Positions 41,121 to 53,990 of a stretch of DNA of 64,000 nucleotides are shown piece after piece; within the stretch, counting starts at the first letter, position 1, and each line of letters begins with the position of its first letter. The notes below the pieces were generated by a model. The model made no database searches, was not told the origin of the DNA, and saw nothing but the letters and a program-made list of their open reading frames with translations. The stretch is from the NCBI RefSeq assembly GCF_009834535.1, contig NC_045697.1, forward strand, positions 41,170,001 through 41,234,000, written 5' to 3'. This DNA is from Camelus ferus. Taxonomy: Eukaryota. Made by a program: the position numbers and the translations under genes.

Positions 41121-43294
41121 TCAGAGTTACTTCTGTCCAATGATGTTCAAGAGACTAGTAAGAGCAATGGAAAGATGAGAGGAGCATTATTATTTGTTCT
41201 TAGAAACCTGCCCCTAGAAAGGTGGGCTTTCTATATGCCAATTCAAGTTGACCTTTCTGTTCATCCTCCCACTAAACAACCCCTCAGCATACCCCACGTC
41301 AAACTTTTTACTGTTCCTCAAACATCCTGCTCTTTCCCATTTCACAGCATTTCTCCAAGTTTACTTCCCTCTACCTGGATTACTCTTTCTATGTCGGCTG
41401 CAGGATCTAGTTCAAAGTTTTATTTTGCAATATGGTCATTACTTGTATTCTTTCTCCTCAAACTCTCATTGCTTTTAACGATTTTACTGCTACCTTTCAT
41501 ACCTTTCTTTGCATTTTTTAATTAAGCACATGGTTGCAGAACTTTAAATATGAGCTCTTAGAAGACAGAGCAAATATTTTATTTAAATTTATATCTCCTA
41601 CAGTGTTAGCACAGGTTACAATGTAGATGAGCAATAAAAAGTTACTGTAATAAACAGAACTAAATACTAAACTTAAAGGGATGGAGACCTCTTATCTAAT
41701 TTAGGCAATTACTGGATGGATAATAGAATTTCACAGAGGAGTATTTCTTCATGGAAAGACCAAAGAAAAAAATATTTCCAGCAATTTTACTATAGCAGTA
41801 AAATCAGCAAACAGGACCAAAGTCTTAGAGGAAGTATGATGTAATAAGATTCTTGCACTGACAGATAGCTTTGTGAGTCTCAACTTCTTCATTCATAAAG
41901 TGAAGGAGTTAGTATACAGATCAACATTTCTCAAAGGGAGTTTTACATAACATTAGTATTATGGGAAGATCTGTGAAAAAAGGCCCAAATAAGTTTGAGA
42001 AATGTTTCACCTGCATGCCTATCCCTCTTGAAGGTTAGTAACACAATGCAGTGTAAGGCTCTAAGAAGTCGTGCAGTGAAAATGTATTTAATTTCCCTTA
42101 AGTAGTTTTCCCTCATGTTTATTTGATCATAAGGATTTTTTTAAACAAAAGATATTTGAAAATATGCAGGAAACTTCGGCCTAATAGTTTTCATAGGTCT
42201 TTAGTGGCTTTACCTTTATTCAAAAGAAAAATCACATGTAGGAATATAAACAAATAAATCAAACAGAATTGGAGCAGCTCTAATTAAAGAGGGAAAATAA
42301 GCAGCCAAGAACCGCCTTCACTCACTCAGCCTCTACTACCTGCACTTCCTGTCACTCCAAAACCACAAGGGGCTCCACGGGGTGCATTTTACAAACCACT
42401 CGCCTAGAAGACTAGAGGAGTCTGTTTCGTGGAACTTGGATATACCTCTGTCAGCCATATGACATCCTGGGTAAGATGGCAGAACCAAACCCCTAGGAAT
42501 GAGGACTTAAGAGGAAGCCAGCAAGAATCCTGCATGACAGTGGCAAATCCACAGTCCACACAAAGCAGAGGGACTCAGGCACGATACCCGAAAGGGTAAG
42601 AAGCAGAAAAAGTTTAGATCTAGACCACATATCAAAAAACCAAGGAGTACCCAAACTAGAGCAAATACGATGTTATATAACTTAAGGAGTGCAGAGGTGG
42701 GGCTATTAGATACACAGTTTGTTATTCCTGGGATGCTTCATATCCAAGACAAGAGGAAAATGGAGGAGTCCTGGTCTTTCGGCAATCTAGCATGCTTCCC
42801 CTTTATATACCAGGTGTCAATGTCTGAGGAAGGTGGGGAGGGTCCAGACTAACAAATGGGTAAGAAAGAGGTATAAAGCAATAGAAAGTGAATTTAAGTA
42901 ATTCTGAAACCCATTCTGCATGTCCATACGATTTTCACAACAGATAGAACCACTTACTGAGAGCTCCATGAAAAGATGTAAGAAAAGAGGCAAGAAGACA
43001 TTCTCAGCTCTAACATGCTGTGATTCTCTGATACTTGCCAGAATAAAGTTCTTTAATTAAAAAAAAAAAAAGGACTAACTCTCATAAAATCTAGGAGACT
43101 AAATTATTGCACTGGGCTTCTAAATTTTAAGTACTGTTTCAAATAAGCAATTAACATTAGAACATGAAATTCCATCTCCTGCTCCTAGTCTTAACTGAGA
43201 AAATGCCAGCCATATAGCATCTTTAAAGAAAATTTTGTGAAATGCTACTAAATTTTAAAATATGACTATATGCACTATCAGAATTGTAGCTTAC

Positions 43295-43481
43295 CCCGGA
43301 AAGATTTCCCAGAACCAGTTTTACCAACTGTTTCACGTAGGAAAATGAAGGTGCACAATTGCTATTCCTGATGTGGGCACTGCAAGCATCCAGGACAGTC
43401 CGAACAGAAACCCGGGCAGTAAATAACATCCTCGCACATTCCAAGCAGTATGCTGTTGAGATGATCTCCAAGCTTAATAGG
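43295..43481 (-). CDS. PTPN13: PTPN13 exon 5 (187 nt as assembled, 186 expected): PIKLGDHLNSILLGMCEDVIY-[+1]-ARVSVRTVLDACSAHIRNSNCAPSFSYVKQLVKLVLGNLSG
   Basis: Acceptor tattcag|CCT; donor GGG|gtaagc. The two halves translate to PTPN13 in different frames; the extra base is at 43418/43419. Confidence 0.93.
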
Positions 43482-45628
43482 CTGAATACAAAGCAAGAAA
43501 AGGTCATGTTGATAAAGTGTGAGTAAATCTAACTAACATGAGATAAGCTATTCCAAGAGTCACACAAACCACACCCAACATATTTCAAATTCAAATGAAT
43601 TCCTGATCTAGTAGCATATATATTTTTACTGCATTTTATCTTTTCATAATCCAAAAAAACTATTAGCAGAAGATGGTTAACATCTATCTTTCCCAGATAA
43701 GAAGTATTATAAAAAAACTCTGGGTTTTTTGTTATGATAAAGAAATGGAATTTTTTTTGGTTATTCAAGTATTTTAGTAAGCAGTTTATATATATACATT
43801 ATTTTGAGGAATTAAATAATTTCCTAACATTCCGTAAACAATATGTTTGATATAACTTGACACTCTCATGATAAATTAGAAGAGATTTCAAATATTGCAA
43901 TGACTCAAGGTTATTTAAATATAAGTTTTCATTATGCTGGTGAAACAAAAGCCAGATTGTGAGATCTTTTTTAAATTAGTTGACATAATTTATGGAATAT
44001 TATATCTAAATATCCAATAAGCATACCAAGAAACGCAAATTTAAACCATAAAAAGAAGCCACTACAGACTCAATAGAATGGCTAAAAATAAAGAGATTGA
44101 TAATATTGAAGTGGTGGTGAGGCAGAGAGCATTGCTGATGGGAGTCTGCACTGGTACATCCACTTTGGTTTAAAAATACACTTTCCCTGTGAGTCTTCCC
44201 TTCCACTTCTCATCCATTTGGGTATTATGCCATCCTTTAGAGCTCATCTTAGATGCAACGTCCTTTAATAAACCTATCCTAACACTCCAAGTCTAGCTAG
44301 AGGCTCCTACTCTGGTTTTTCATAGCATCCTCCATTTTCCCCAACACAGAATTCTTCACAATGCAGTGTAATTGGTTATTTAGTTGTCTGATTCCATGAA
44401 TGGATTCTACAGGCCTGGGACATTATATTCCTAGTGTCTGGTATTAAAGTCTGACATAAGGTAGGTGCTTAGTAAATATTTCTGGGTTAATATTAAATAT
44501 TTCCCAAAAATGATTATGATTTCTGATAGTAAAATAGAAGTAAAAGTTTATACTTCCCTTCCAATTTATACATTACAAATGTATGACTTCATTTTCAGTT
44601 ACCACAAAAGAGAAAGTATTAATTATAGGCTGTGATTACATTTTACGTGTGAGTTAAGTTTGTATAGAATATGACACCAATATTTCCAGCAATAATTTAG
44701 CTTTCTCACTGACATTTGTAGAACTGAAACTGAGGACAGAAAGTAAATACACAGTATTTTTCATGATATAAAATGAAACCAAACCAAGTTGAAGACTATC
44801 ATTCATCTTTCATGGATCTTAATATGGCTGAATTTTAGAATAAAAGCCTAAAATGCTTATTGCTTCTTAATTTGATAAACACACACATACTCCTCGTTAT
44901 TTTTGTTTTGAGTTCTAAATGGCTAAAATAAAACTTAATTCTGTATGCTATATCTTTGATGAACTAGAGTTATTTTTAAATCTTTGATTATTATTTACTA
45001 CTGTTGATGTACTACTTTTTGATTACATATTTATTACCATGTTTATATTGTGTCTTCAGGAAGCAGTTACTTTAGAAAATAAAGACTAGAAGCAGCCTAG
45101 TGATCACCAGAGCCTAAGACCCCATAAAGCTTTACCTTAGTATGTGTCTGCTGCCGCAGGGGCAGGGAAGTATGATTTTGAAGTGACAAAAGAACAAAGT
45201 AATGAAGTATAAACTCTACAGAGATATAGAGCTACTATGCCTACAGTTTTTGCATCAAGAAAGGTTATCACTTTCTGTTCAAGAATGAATCACCATAGAC
45301 ATTTACAATCCCTCTTTATCAGTCATTAACTTTGAAGAAACAAAGTGGACTCTCACTTCTCTTGCTATAATTTTGAAGAGGCTACTACACCGCACAGACT
45401 GAATAGTTGAGACACGGGCACTGACTGCTATAATTCTAAAAATAGTAAAAGAAAAATAATTCCTTTAGTATTTTATTATTATCTCATTCTGAGAGTGTAA
45501 CATTATTAATGTGAACAACCAGTATAGAAATGCTGGTGTGCCTGACAACACACTGTAAAACACATATAAATACATGGAAGAGCTTTTGAAAGGGTGGAAA
45601 GTTGTACAGATGTGATGACTTGACTTAC

Positions 45629-45694
45629 TTGGCTTTGAGGTACTTCATGATCAGCTCCCCAATACAATGTCATTCCAAGAGAATAAATATGGAT
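45629..45694 (-). CDS. PTPN13: PTPN13 exon 4 (66 nt): IHIYSLGMTLYWGADHEVPQSQ
   Basis: Acceptor ttcctag|ATC; donor CAA|gtaagt; phase 0-0. Confidence 0.95.
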
Positions 45695-46079
45695 CTAGGA
45701 ACAGAATTTTTAAAAAATCATTTTATGGTAAAAATTTAATTTAGCAAGTACTATATATTCATAACTTTTTCCTCCAAAGATAGTATAACAAATGATTTGA
45801 GAAGATTATCATTTCATATTTTGCATAAATGTATGTGAGAACTTAAAACAGAAAATAAGACTGGAAATTATCAGAACAGACTTTCCCCCCCATCACTATG
45901 GGTAATCATTTTTGCTAACAGTATAAAAAATGTTTTTTAAATGTGAGGCCTTTTGAAAATGTGTTCACATGTGCGGTTCTTTGAAGTCCAGCCCGTCACT
46001 ATGAGTAATCATTTTTATTATTTTATTTATTTTAAAGCTTCCATATGCAAACTCAAGCAAATATGTATAATCTTATTTG

Positions 46080-46580
46080 CTCCTTCTTTTACAAAAGGTA
46101 AGAACTTTAAAAAATTACTCGGCAATTTGCAGTTTTAATTTAACAAGAGAGGTATTTCCATGCCAGTGCTTAGATAAGATTTCATTCTTTTTACTTCTGA
46201 ATAGAACTCCATTTTGTGACTACAGCATTGTTTATTTAACCAGTCTGTTATTAATGGGCAATTAGAATTTTACTAAACTTTTGCTATTATAAATAATGTG
46301 TTAGCAAACAGCCTTGTTGATAATGTCATTTAGCACAAGCAGGTACTCCTCTTTAATTGACTCCCTGAGGTCATGGTTAAAAGAGTAAATCACCTGTAGT
46401 TTTGATACATTTTCTTAGATTCTTCCCCACAGAAGTTGTATCATTTTGCATTTCTACCAGCAAGGTATGAGAGGTTTTTTCACAAGATTTATCCACAGAA
46501 TGTGTTATGAAGTTTTGGATTTTTGCCAAACTGAGAGAAAAAACAAATCTCTTTGCAGTTTTGACTAGCATTTTTCTTAT
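46080..46580 (-). mobile_element. Old L1 fragment
   Basis: ttttgctattataaataat...tcattttgcatttctaccagcaaggtatgagagg is the reverse L1 ORF2 3' end. Confidence 0.6.
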
Positions 46581-48191
46581 TAAGAATGGACAGGGTAGTA
46601 GATGGAGAAAAGGGTCAGAAAAGATTCCTTTTTCATTGTTTGTTTGCTTCTTAAATATTGGAAAAATGACAACATATTTTATGCTGGTAGGAATGATCCA
46701 ACAGGGAAAAGTGGAAATGCAGGGGAGACAGGAGACGGTTGACAGAACACTTGAGTAGGTGGGAGGAGATGATAGCTACTGCACAAATGAAGCAGTTGGC
46801 TTTACAGAAGCACAGACAGTTCTGAAGTAAGGAAGCAAAGAATATGAAAATTTATGTGGATAATCTAGCTGTGGACTCCTGGGAGAAGTCTTTCCTGATT
46901 GCTTCTATTTTTTTAACCCTGTGAAACAGGAAGCAAGATGATCAGATGAAAGTAAGGAGAGTTACTCCTCGTAAGTAATCATTTTCCATTTTTCCTCCTG
47001 TTAAGAGAGATTGAGAGCTAGACTTCTAGCCCATCTCTACTAATGCTGCATAATCTTACCATGTACATTTTTTGCACCAGTCTTACTCCAGTGTCATCTT
47101 ATTTTCTTGTCCTTATTTTTATTTTGCTCTTAATTTCTCACCTGTATTTTTTAATCTGACAAACTGTCTTAAATCTTCTTTAGAAATAGGTTGAGGTAAA
47201 TACAAATAAAATTGGGCATCCTTTTCATCTTACAGCACTTTAATCTGTTCCTAACATTGCCTCCTAAATTATTCCTAAATTACAGACCAGAAAAAGTTGT
47301 TCCTCTTTTCAAATACTGTCATGGCTCCCAATTTTCAAAAGTCCAAATTCTTTATGATACGCAAGACTCACTCTGACCTGCCTCTATCTCCATTTTCCAG
47401 GCAGATTTTAAAGTATTCTTTCTATTATCACTCCTTCTCCTATCACAACAGAAAAACCTCAGAACCACTAAATAATTCTCTATTGGCAAAATAAATCTTT
47501 CTCTTTCCAAGCTTTTCTTGAGCAGTTCTTTCTACTAGGAATTTCTTTCTTCATCGGTCAATAAAAGTTCTACCTATTATCGGTAGTCCAGAGATGATGT
47601 TATCTGTTACAAATGCTATATACATTTTCTCAAAAAGGATAAAGCTTCCTCTCTTATATGATAGTTATGACTTATATATATTGTTAATAACAGGTAACTA
47701 ACACTACCTGTAATATAGTCAAGATGTGTCCTTGTTTGTCTTCCTTGAGGGAGCATTTTTCACACATCTTAATATCCTTGATAACAATTAACAGAGCACT
47801 TGAACACAGCAGATATTCAATACATGCCTGCTGAATTCAATTAAATGTGCATGAAGGTCAAGACAGCATGCCGCAGGCTATTTGTATCATGTTTCTGTTT
47901 AGACTTCAAAGAACCACACATGTGAACACCTTTTCAAAAGGCCTCATATATGAAAAACATTTTTTATACCGTTAGCAAAAATGATTAATTGCATACTCAT
48001 ATATACAAAAATTTTGATTTGTAATCCTTTGAGATACTGGCAGTAATTTAAGACTCTTTATTATATTTACTTCTCAGTATGCTAAATGAGTTATATATTA
48101 ATAATTTTATACATAACTATATACAATTAATAACATCATTCCTAAAATGAGGATATACAATTATACATTTGCTGGTCATTTATGTAGATAG

Positions 48192-48751
48192 TGTAATGAT
48201 TAATTCTATGTGTCAACTTGACTGGACCAGGGGATGCCTTGATTTTTAGTCAAACATTATTCTGGGTGTTTTCGTGAGAGTGTTTTTGGATGAAAGTCAC
48301 ATTTAAATTGGTTAACTGAGCAAGATAGATTGCTCTCCCCAATGTAGGTGGTCATCATCCAATCATTTGAAGGCCTGAGTAGAACAAAATGGTTTACCAC
48401 TCCCCCCCGCCCCAACCCCAGGTATGAAAGAATTCTTTCTGCCTGACTGCCTTCAGACTAGGACATCAGCTGTTTGTTGCCTTTGGACTTGATCTGAAAC
48501 ATCAACTCTTTCTGGGTCCCCAGCCTGCTGGTCTTCAGAGTACACCACCAGTTCTCCTGGTTCTCAGACTAGAACTGCAGCATTGGCTCTCCTGGGGCTT
48601 CAGCTTGCTGACTCACCTTGCAGATCTTGGAGCTTATCAGCTTCCATAATTATATGAGCTAATAAATCTCTCTTTATACATACATACAAACTCATACACA
48701 CACACATATATCCTACTGATCCTGTTTCTCTGAAGACCTCTGCTTAATACA
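48192..48751 (+). mobile_element. Solo ERVL LTR (MLT2B/D-like), full length TG...CA
   Basis: Starts tgtaatgattaattctatgtgtcaacttgactgg and ends ctgtttctctgaagacctctgcttaataca; aataaa plus CA-rich tract; 5-bp flanks gatag/tatag. Confidence 0.85.
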
Positions 48752-50408
48752 TATAGATATGAATTATCTACATATAGGAAAAACATGCAGAAATGATAAT
48801 TGCTATTTTATTAGGATAGTGCTTTATGGGTTTGAAACTTTTAATCTTTTATAAATCATTTAAAATTTTGTTAAAGGAATAACTCCACGTATGTCAGATC
48901 TTTGTTAAAATAATACATAATAATATCTGGTACCTAATATTAGAAAAATATTAATATTTGAGAAAAAGTTCTTAAAGAATACAAAGAAAAATGTTTCCCT
49001 TTTACATTTATCCCAAAATCACCTATAGAGTAAAAGTGGACAATACTTCCATACACATTATTGATAAGTTAAGAGTTTCTACTTTTGGCATAGCCTGAAG
49101 AGACTAGGCAGAAAGAAGAGCAGTGATGCCAAGGCGAAATTAAGTTTATACAGTAACACTGCCATTCACTGACAGCACGTAGTTCATCTAGTTGATAAAC
49201 AGCAGTAAATGGGTTTCGGTTTAATTACACACATTGTGCAGAAAGAAGGTCATACAACGAATGATCATTCAGAAATAGGCAAGTATCTGGCCTTCATGTT
49301 TTCCTTTGCTTTTTATTTAATTAGAAAAAAAGGAGACTACAATGGCCCATGTAGTCCAACTGACAAGTACCTTCTGTTAAAGATCAGCAAGCCCAAGGCC
49401 TAAAAGAAATCAGGCATTAGAAGTTTAAAAAGTGCTTTTGATCTACCTCTCACTTCTATTACATATTTATTTAACTTCCAGAGGAATTTTTGGTTTTGTG
49501 ATCTTTGCCTAGGCCCTATTTGTATCAAAGTTCTTGGTACTTACCTGTTCCTGACGGACAGCACAGAGAAAATCTATTCCCCGCCCTTAGCATAGTAGCC
49601 TAACAAGCCAGGATGGTTTCTTGTAAAGTGGGTGCTTTTGATAATGATGATTCATACACAGGGGTCCATGAAAAGATAAAGACACTGGTTCTCAGAAGAC
49701 AGCATTTATAGAAGAGCTAGTTAGCTATCTAATTAGCCATTCAACATTATTTCTGAAAGTCACTAAGCTAGAGATTGTGGTAAGATACAAATATCTCATC
49801 CTGGTATCAATAACAATACTATCATATACTAACGTATAAGCATATTAATAGCAAGCATGTACATAATGTTTACTGTGTGTCAAGCTTACACTATATACTT
49901 TAGCTCATTCAATGTTACAGAGGGGGAAGTAACTTGTCTGAGGTCACATAGCTAGATAAGTGCTGGAAGCAGAAATAAGAGTTAGGAGATTATGATAGGA
50001 GTTCAAGAGAATGGAAATGAGAACCTGACCATAGCCCTGGCAACAGGGCTGAAGAGGAAGAGATTAGAATGGCTGGACTTGAAAAATTCAGGCACCTAAG
50101 GGGATATGTAGGAAGGGAGGAGTCAGAGACACAGATTAAAAAAAAGTAACATGGAAAGAATGGAGGTCAGGGACATAATATAACTCAAGGGGAACTGGAA
50201 ATATGTTTTTGTCTTTACAGTTACAATGGGCTGGGATGTAAACTCTGTGAGTGCAAGGACTTTGTCCTCTTTATCACTTTATCCCAGGACCTAGGACAGC
50301 ACTCAACATATAATGGTAGTACATAAGACTTAGTGAGTGCTTACTCTGTGCTGAGTACTGTTCTAAGCACTTTACAAGTATTACCTTATTTAGCTTTCTG
50401 CTCTATAC

Positions 50409-50587
50409 CAGTGGTTCTTAAGATGTTATCTGCCAACCAGCAGCATCAGCAGCATCTGGGAACTTGAGAGAAAAGCAAGTTCTCAGATCCCACTCCAGAC
50501 CTACTGAATGGGAGATTATGGAGGTAGCATCCTGCCATCTGTGTTTTAGCAAGCCCATCAGGTGATTCTGATGCATGATCAAGTCTG
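50409..50587. mobile_element. MER5A-like hAT MITE
   Basis: cagtggttct...ccagcagcatcagca...ccagacctactgaat...caggtgattctgatgca; 8-bp TSD ctctatac/ctctatgc. Confidence 0.85.
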
Positions 50588-50624
50588 CTCTATGCCCTAC
50601 CTGCCATTTAGATCTTGCTTTGAA

Positions 50625-50840
50625 TTCTGGACATATACACATAAGTGAGATTGGTGGACCACATGATAGTTGTATTTTTAATTTTTTTTGAGGAAACTCC
50701 ATATTGTTTTCCATAATGCCTACGCTGTTATACATTCCCAAAACACAGTATACAAAAGTTGTAATTTCTCTGCATCCTCGTCAACACTTGCTATTTTCTG
50801 TTCTTTTGATAGTGGTCATCCTAGTGGGCGTGAGGTAATA
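50625..50840 (-). mobile_element. L1 ORF2 3' fragment
   Basis: ttttttgaggaaactccatattgttttccataatg...acattccca. Confidence 0.7.
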
Positions 50841-51137
50841 TGTCTACAACTCTCACAAAAATTTTCAATTACATGTTGGACTCTGGGACTAGATAGTCCT
50901 GGAATTTATTCTTTAGTGACTCACGGAGTGCCTGTCATATAACAAGTATACTTGTCAGATTTGTGGATAAATGAATAAACAAATGGGAAGGAGGGGAGAA
51001 AGGATGGGTTAATAAGATCTAACATAGAATAAGCATGGTATAGTGTGGTTAAGGGCATTTGGTCTTTTTTAAACAAGTTCATTTGAGGCCCCTACACCAA
51101 AATAAAAAACACAATCAAGCAAAAAAGACTACATTAC

Positions 51138-51316
51138 CTTTTCAACATCGGCGAGAGAGGTTAGTGACTGATTTTGAAGAACCTCTGGTGCAGTGAATGC
51201 TCGAAGATCCTGATTGGAAATATTTTCATCTGTAAATGACACGCTACCAGATGGCAGCAATAGCAGAGACCACGGAGAAATGATGAAGCCAAGGGCAGCA
51301 GGATCAGCTATGCTTA
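51138..51316 (-). CDS. PTPN13: PTPN13 exon 3 (179 nt), KIND domain: (V)SIADPAALGFIISPWSLLLLPSGSVSFTDENISNQDLRAFTAPEVLQNQSLTSLADVEK
   Basis: Acceptor ...acaaaccag|TAAGC with an upstream pyrimidine tract; donor AAG|gtaatg; open frame. Confidence 0.95.
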
Positions 51317-52511
51317 CTGGTTTGTAACCACACAGAATAAAAAGAAAAAAGAAAGATAACTACTTAAAACCATAACCAGAGGAACACTTATATGAATTTC
51401 CCAGCATATTCATATATATGTTAATATAAAGCTACATACACCAAATCAACATGTTACAAAAAAAAGTGGGTTTTATATAGCTATTACTGTGCGTGTTACT
51501 AACAACGATGCCTTGATTGGGCTTAATCTTTCAAAACTTAGATGGTAGAGCTTAGAAACTAGAAACAGAGAACTTTCATTGTCAGTCATAAGAATTAAAC
51601 TTGGTTCAAATACTTTATCACAGTGATATAGAGATATGAATAAAGATCAAAAGTTCTTTTTTTTTTCCAGTGGATTGTGGATTCCTTTAAAGATTTAGTG
51701 AAAACTATGGTCGAGAACCATTTCAAGACAACTGCCCATAAACAAAACCCTGTGGACAAAGGTGTTCATGGATCTCTTTTCAGCCCGTTAAAGGACCCAG
51801 GTTAAGATCCCCTGATTTAGACTATGCTGTTCTGAAACTGACAGAAAGACATTCCTTTGATAATTCATCAGATTTAGAATTAGTAAAATTTCCAGCTACA
51901 ATGAAAGTCTCTTTTTTGCTCAATATGTATATTTGTCTGAATTTGAGTTCTGTCTTGTTTGCACTTGTTCATTATTTCAGGCAGCTTCTGTGCTACCACA
52001 GGTGATCAATGAGGTCTCTAACTTTGTTTTGTTTTAATATTTGCCTGTGCGGGTGCCTAAGAGCTCCATTTAAGAGTACTACCCCGCCCCCTAAAAGTCC
52101 TTAGATTTCAGCAGGTTTCCTTCAAAAATAAATCTACACATTAGGCTCAATAAAACAGACTTATTAGAGAGAATTTTATTTTGTCCTCCCACTTCAAAAG
52201 GAAATTAATATAGGTTTTAAGGTAAATGCTAAATGAACTGACTTACAGACTGAAGAAATCTCTATAGGAAAGTCACAGAAGGCCTCTGACTGCCAGTGCA
52301 TTATTATTCAGTCTGAATGGGTTATACTGCTCTCTCTATAAGTCAAATCACAAGAAACTGACAGAAGTCTATGGGACAGGTATCAAACATACAATATCTA
52401 TGATTTCCTAAAAACAACTTTTAACTTTTATTAGAAGTGAGCCATCCATTCTTTCTTTTTAACCTCTACCTATGGTTAATATTCTGATCATCAGAATTAA
52501 TACAAGAGTAA

Positions 52512-52915
52512 AGTAATGGACCTGGAGATCGTCATTCTAAGTGAAGTAAGAAAGAGAAAGAAGAATACCATATGATATCACTCGTTTGTAGAATCTAAAA
52601 AAAGAAAAAAAGAGACACTAATGAACTCATCTACAAAACACAGACTTAGTAAACAATCTTATGGTTTTGGAGGGGAAAGAGCGTGGGAAGGGATAAATTT
52701 CGGAGTTCAAGATTTGCAAATATTAACTACTATATAAAAATAGATAAAAAATAAATTTCTTCTGTATAGCACAGGGAACTATGTTTAATATCTCAAAATA
52801 ACCTTTAATGAAAAAGATGATAAAAATGAAAATATATGCATGACTGGGACATTATGCTGTATACCAGAAATTGACACATTGTAACTGACTACTTCAATAA
52901 AAATAAATACATTTT
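52512..52915 (+). mobile_element. 5'-truncated younger L1 3' end
   Basis: atggacctggagatcgtcattctaagtgaagtaag...tagcacagggaactat...aactgactacttcaataaaaat. Confidence 0.85.
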
Positions 52916-53454
52916 AAAAAATCCTAAAAAATGTAAACTATTAACATTCATTTCTCCTTTGAAGATGAAAAAGCCAGCTATATGTTCTCTTGCATTCTTA
53001 TGAATTTGAAACACATCTTTAATAACTGTGTCAAGGAAGAAAAACATGTTTGAATGCATCTTTTAATCAGCCAGCATCTTATGTTGCCCTGAAGCCAAGT
53101 TACAGACTAGTGATCCTCATATTCCTACCCTAACCACCTATCAGGCTGCTAAAAACATGACTCAATTCTCATGATAAAATATGTTTCAGTGAACCATCAC
53201 AGCTCATAAGCCTAGGTATACTGTTGTCTTTCATGGCTACTTTACACATTTTCTGTTAAAAACTTCTTGGGTCTTTCACACACAAATACCACAAAATCCA
53301 GCCAGAGAAGAACTCCAATGTGGCAGAATAATATTATCTTTGCTGAAGGATGCTATTCAGAATATTGAGATTTTACATAATCTAACATTTTACATAATGT
53401 CACAGACATTAGAAAACTGTCTACAAACAATTCCTTTCAAAATAGCAACTAAAG

Positions 53455-53990
53455 AGAACAAATATGAGGAGACCAATCCAGAAGGCAATGCACTAACATC
53501 TGGTATGAGATGGTGATGCCCTGGAACCACAGCGGTGGCAGCAGAGGTAGTGAGAACCTGCTGGCACCTGAAAATGTTGTGGAGGTAATGCCAACAAGAG
53601 ACTGGGTGTGCCGTGAAAGAAAATGGGGAATCAAGATGACTCCAAGACTTTGGTCTCAGTAACAGAAAGGATGGAGTGTCATCAACGGAGGCTGAGAAGA
53701 CTGCAGGACAGGTTGCTGAGGTAGGGGCCAGAAGACAGTGGTAGGAATTAGAACTTTACTTTGGGACAGATTAAGTTTTAGGTCTTTGTTAGAGGTTCAA
53801 ATGGAGGTGTTGAGAAGTCAGTTGGATTTCAAGTTTGGGAGAAAGGTTTAAACTGGAGATACATTTGGGGAGTTACTGGCCTAACAGACGGTATCAAAGG
53901 CCTTGTGACTGGATGAGAAGACCAAAAAGTGAGTTAAAACAGAAGAGAAATGAAGGACAAGGACTGTGCCCTGGGATACTCCATCATTAA
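53455..53990 (-). mobile_element. L2 fragment
   Basis: gaatcaagatgactccaag, actggagatacatttgggg, ccctgggatactccatcattaa. Confidence 0.7.

Noticed and set aside
40720..41525. 107-aa and 116-aa ORFs
   Set aside because: Overlap MIR and pyrimidine-rich repeat remnants; non-ATG start or low-complexity composition.
2463..51316. PTPN13 as a pseudogene
   Set aside because: Introns are retained, and 12 of 13 exons and all splice phases are intact. A single indel is better explained by error or a recent allele.
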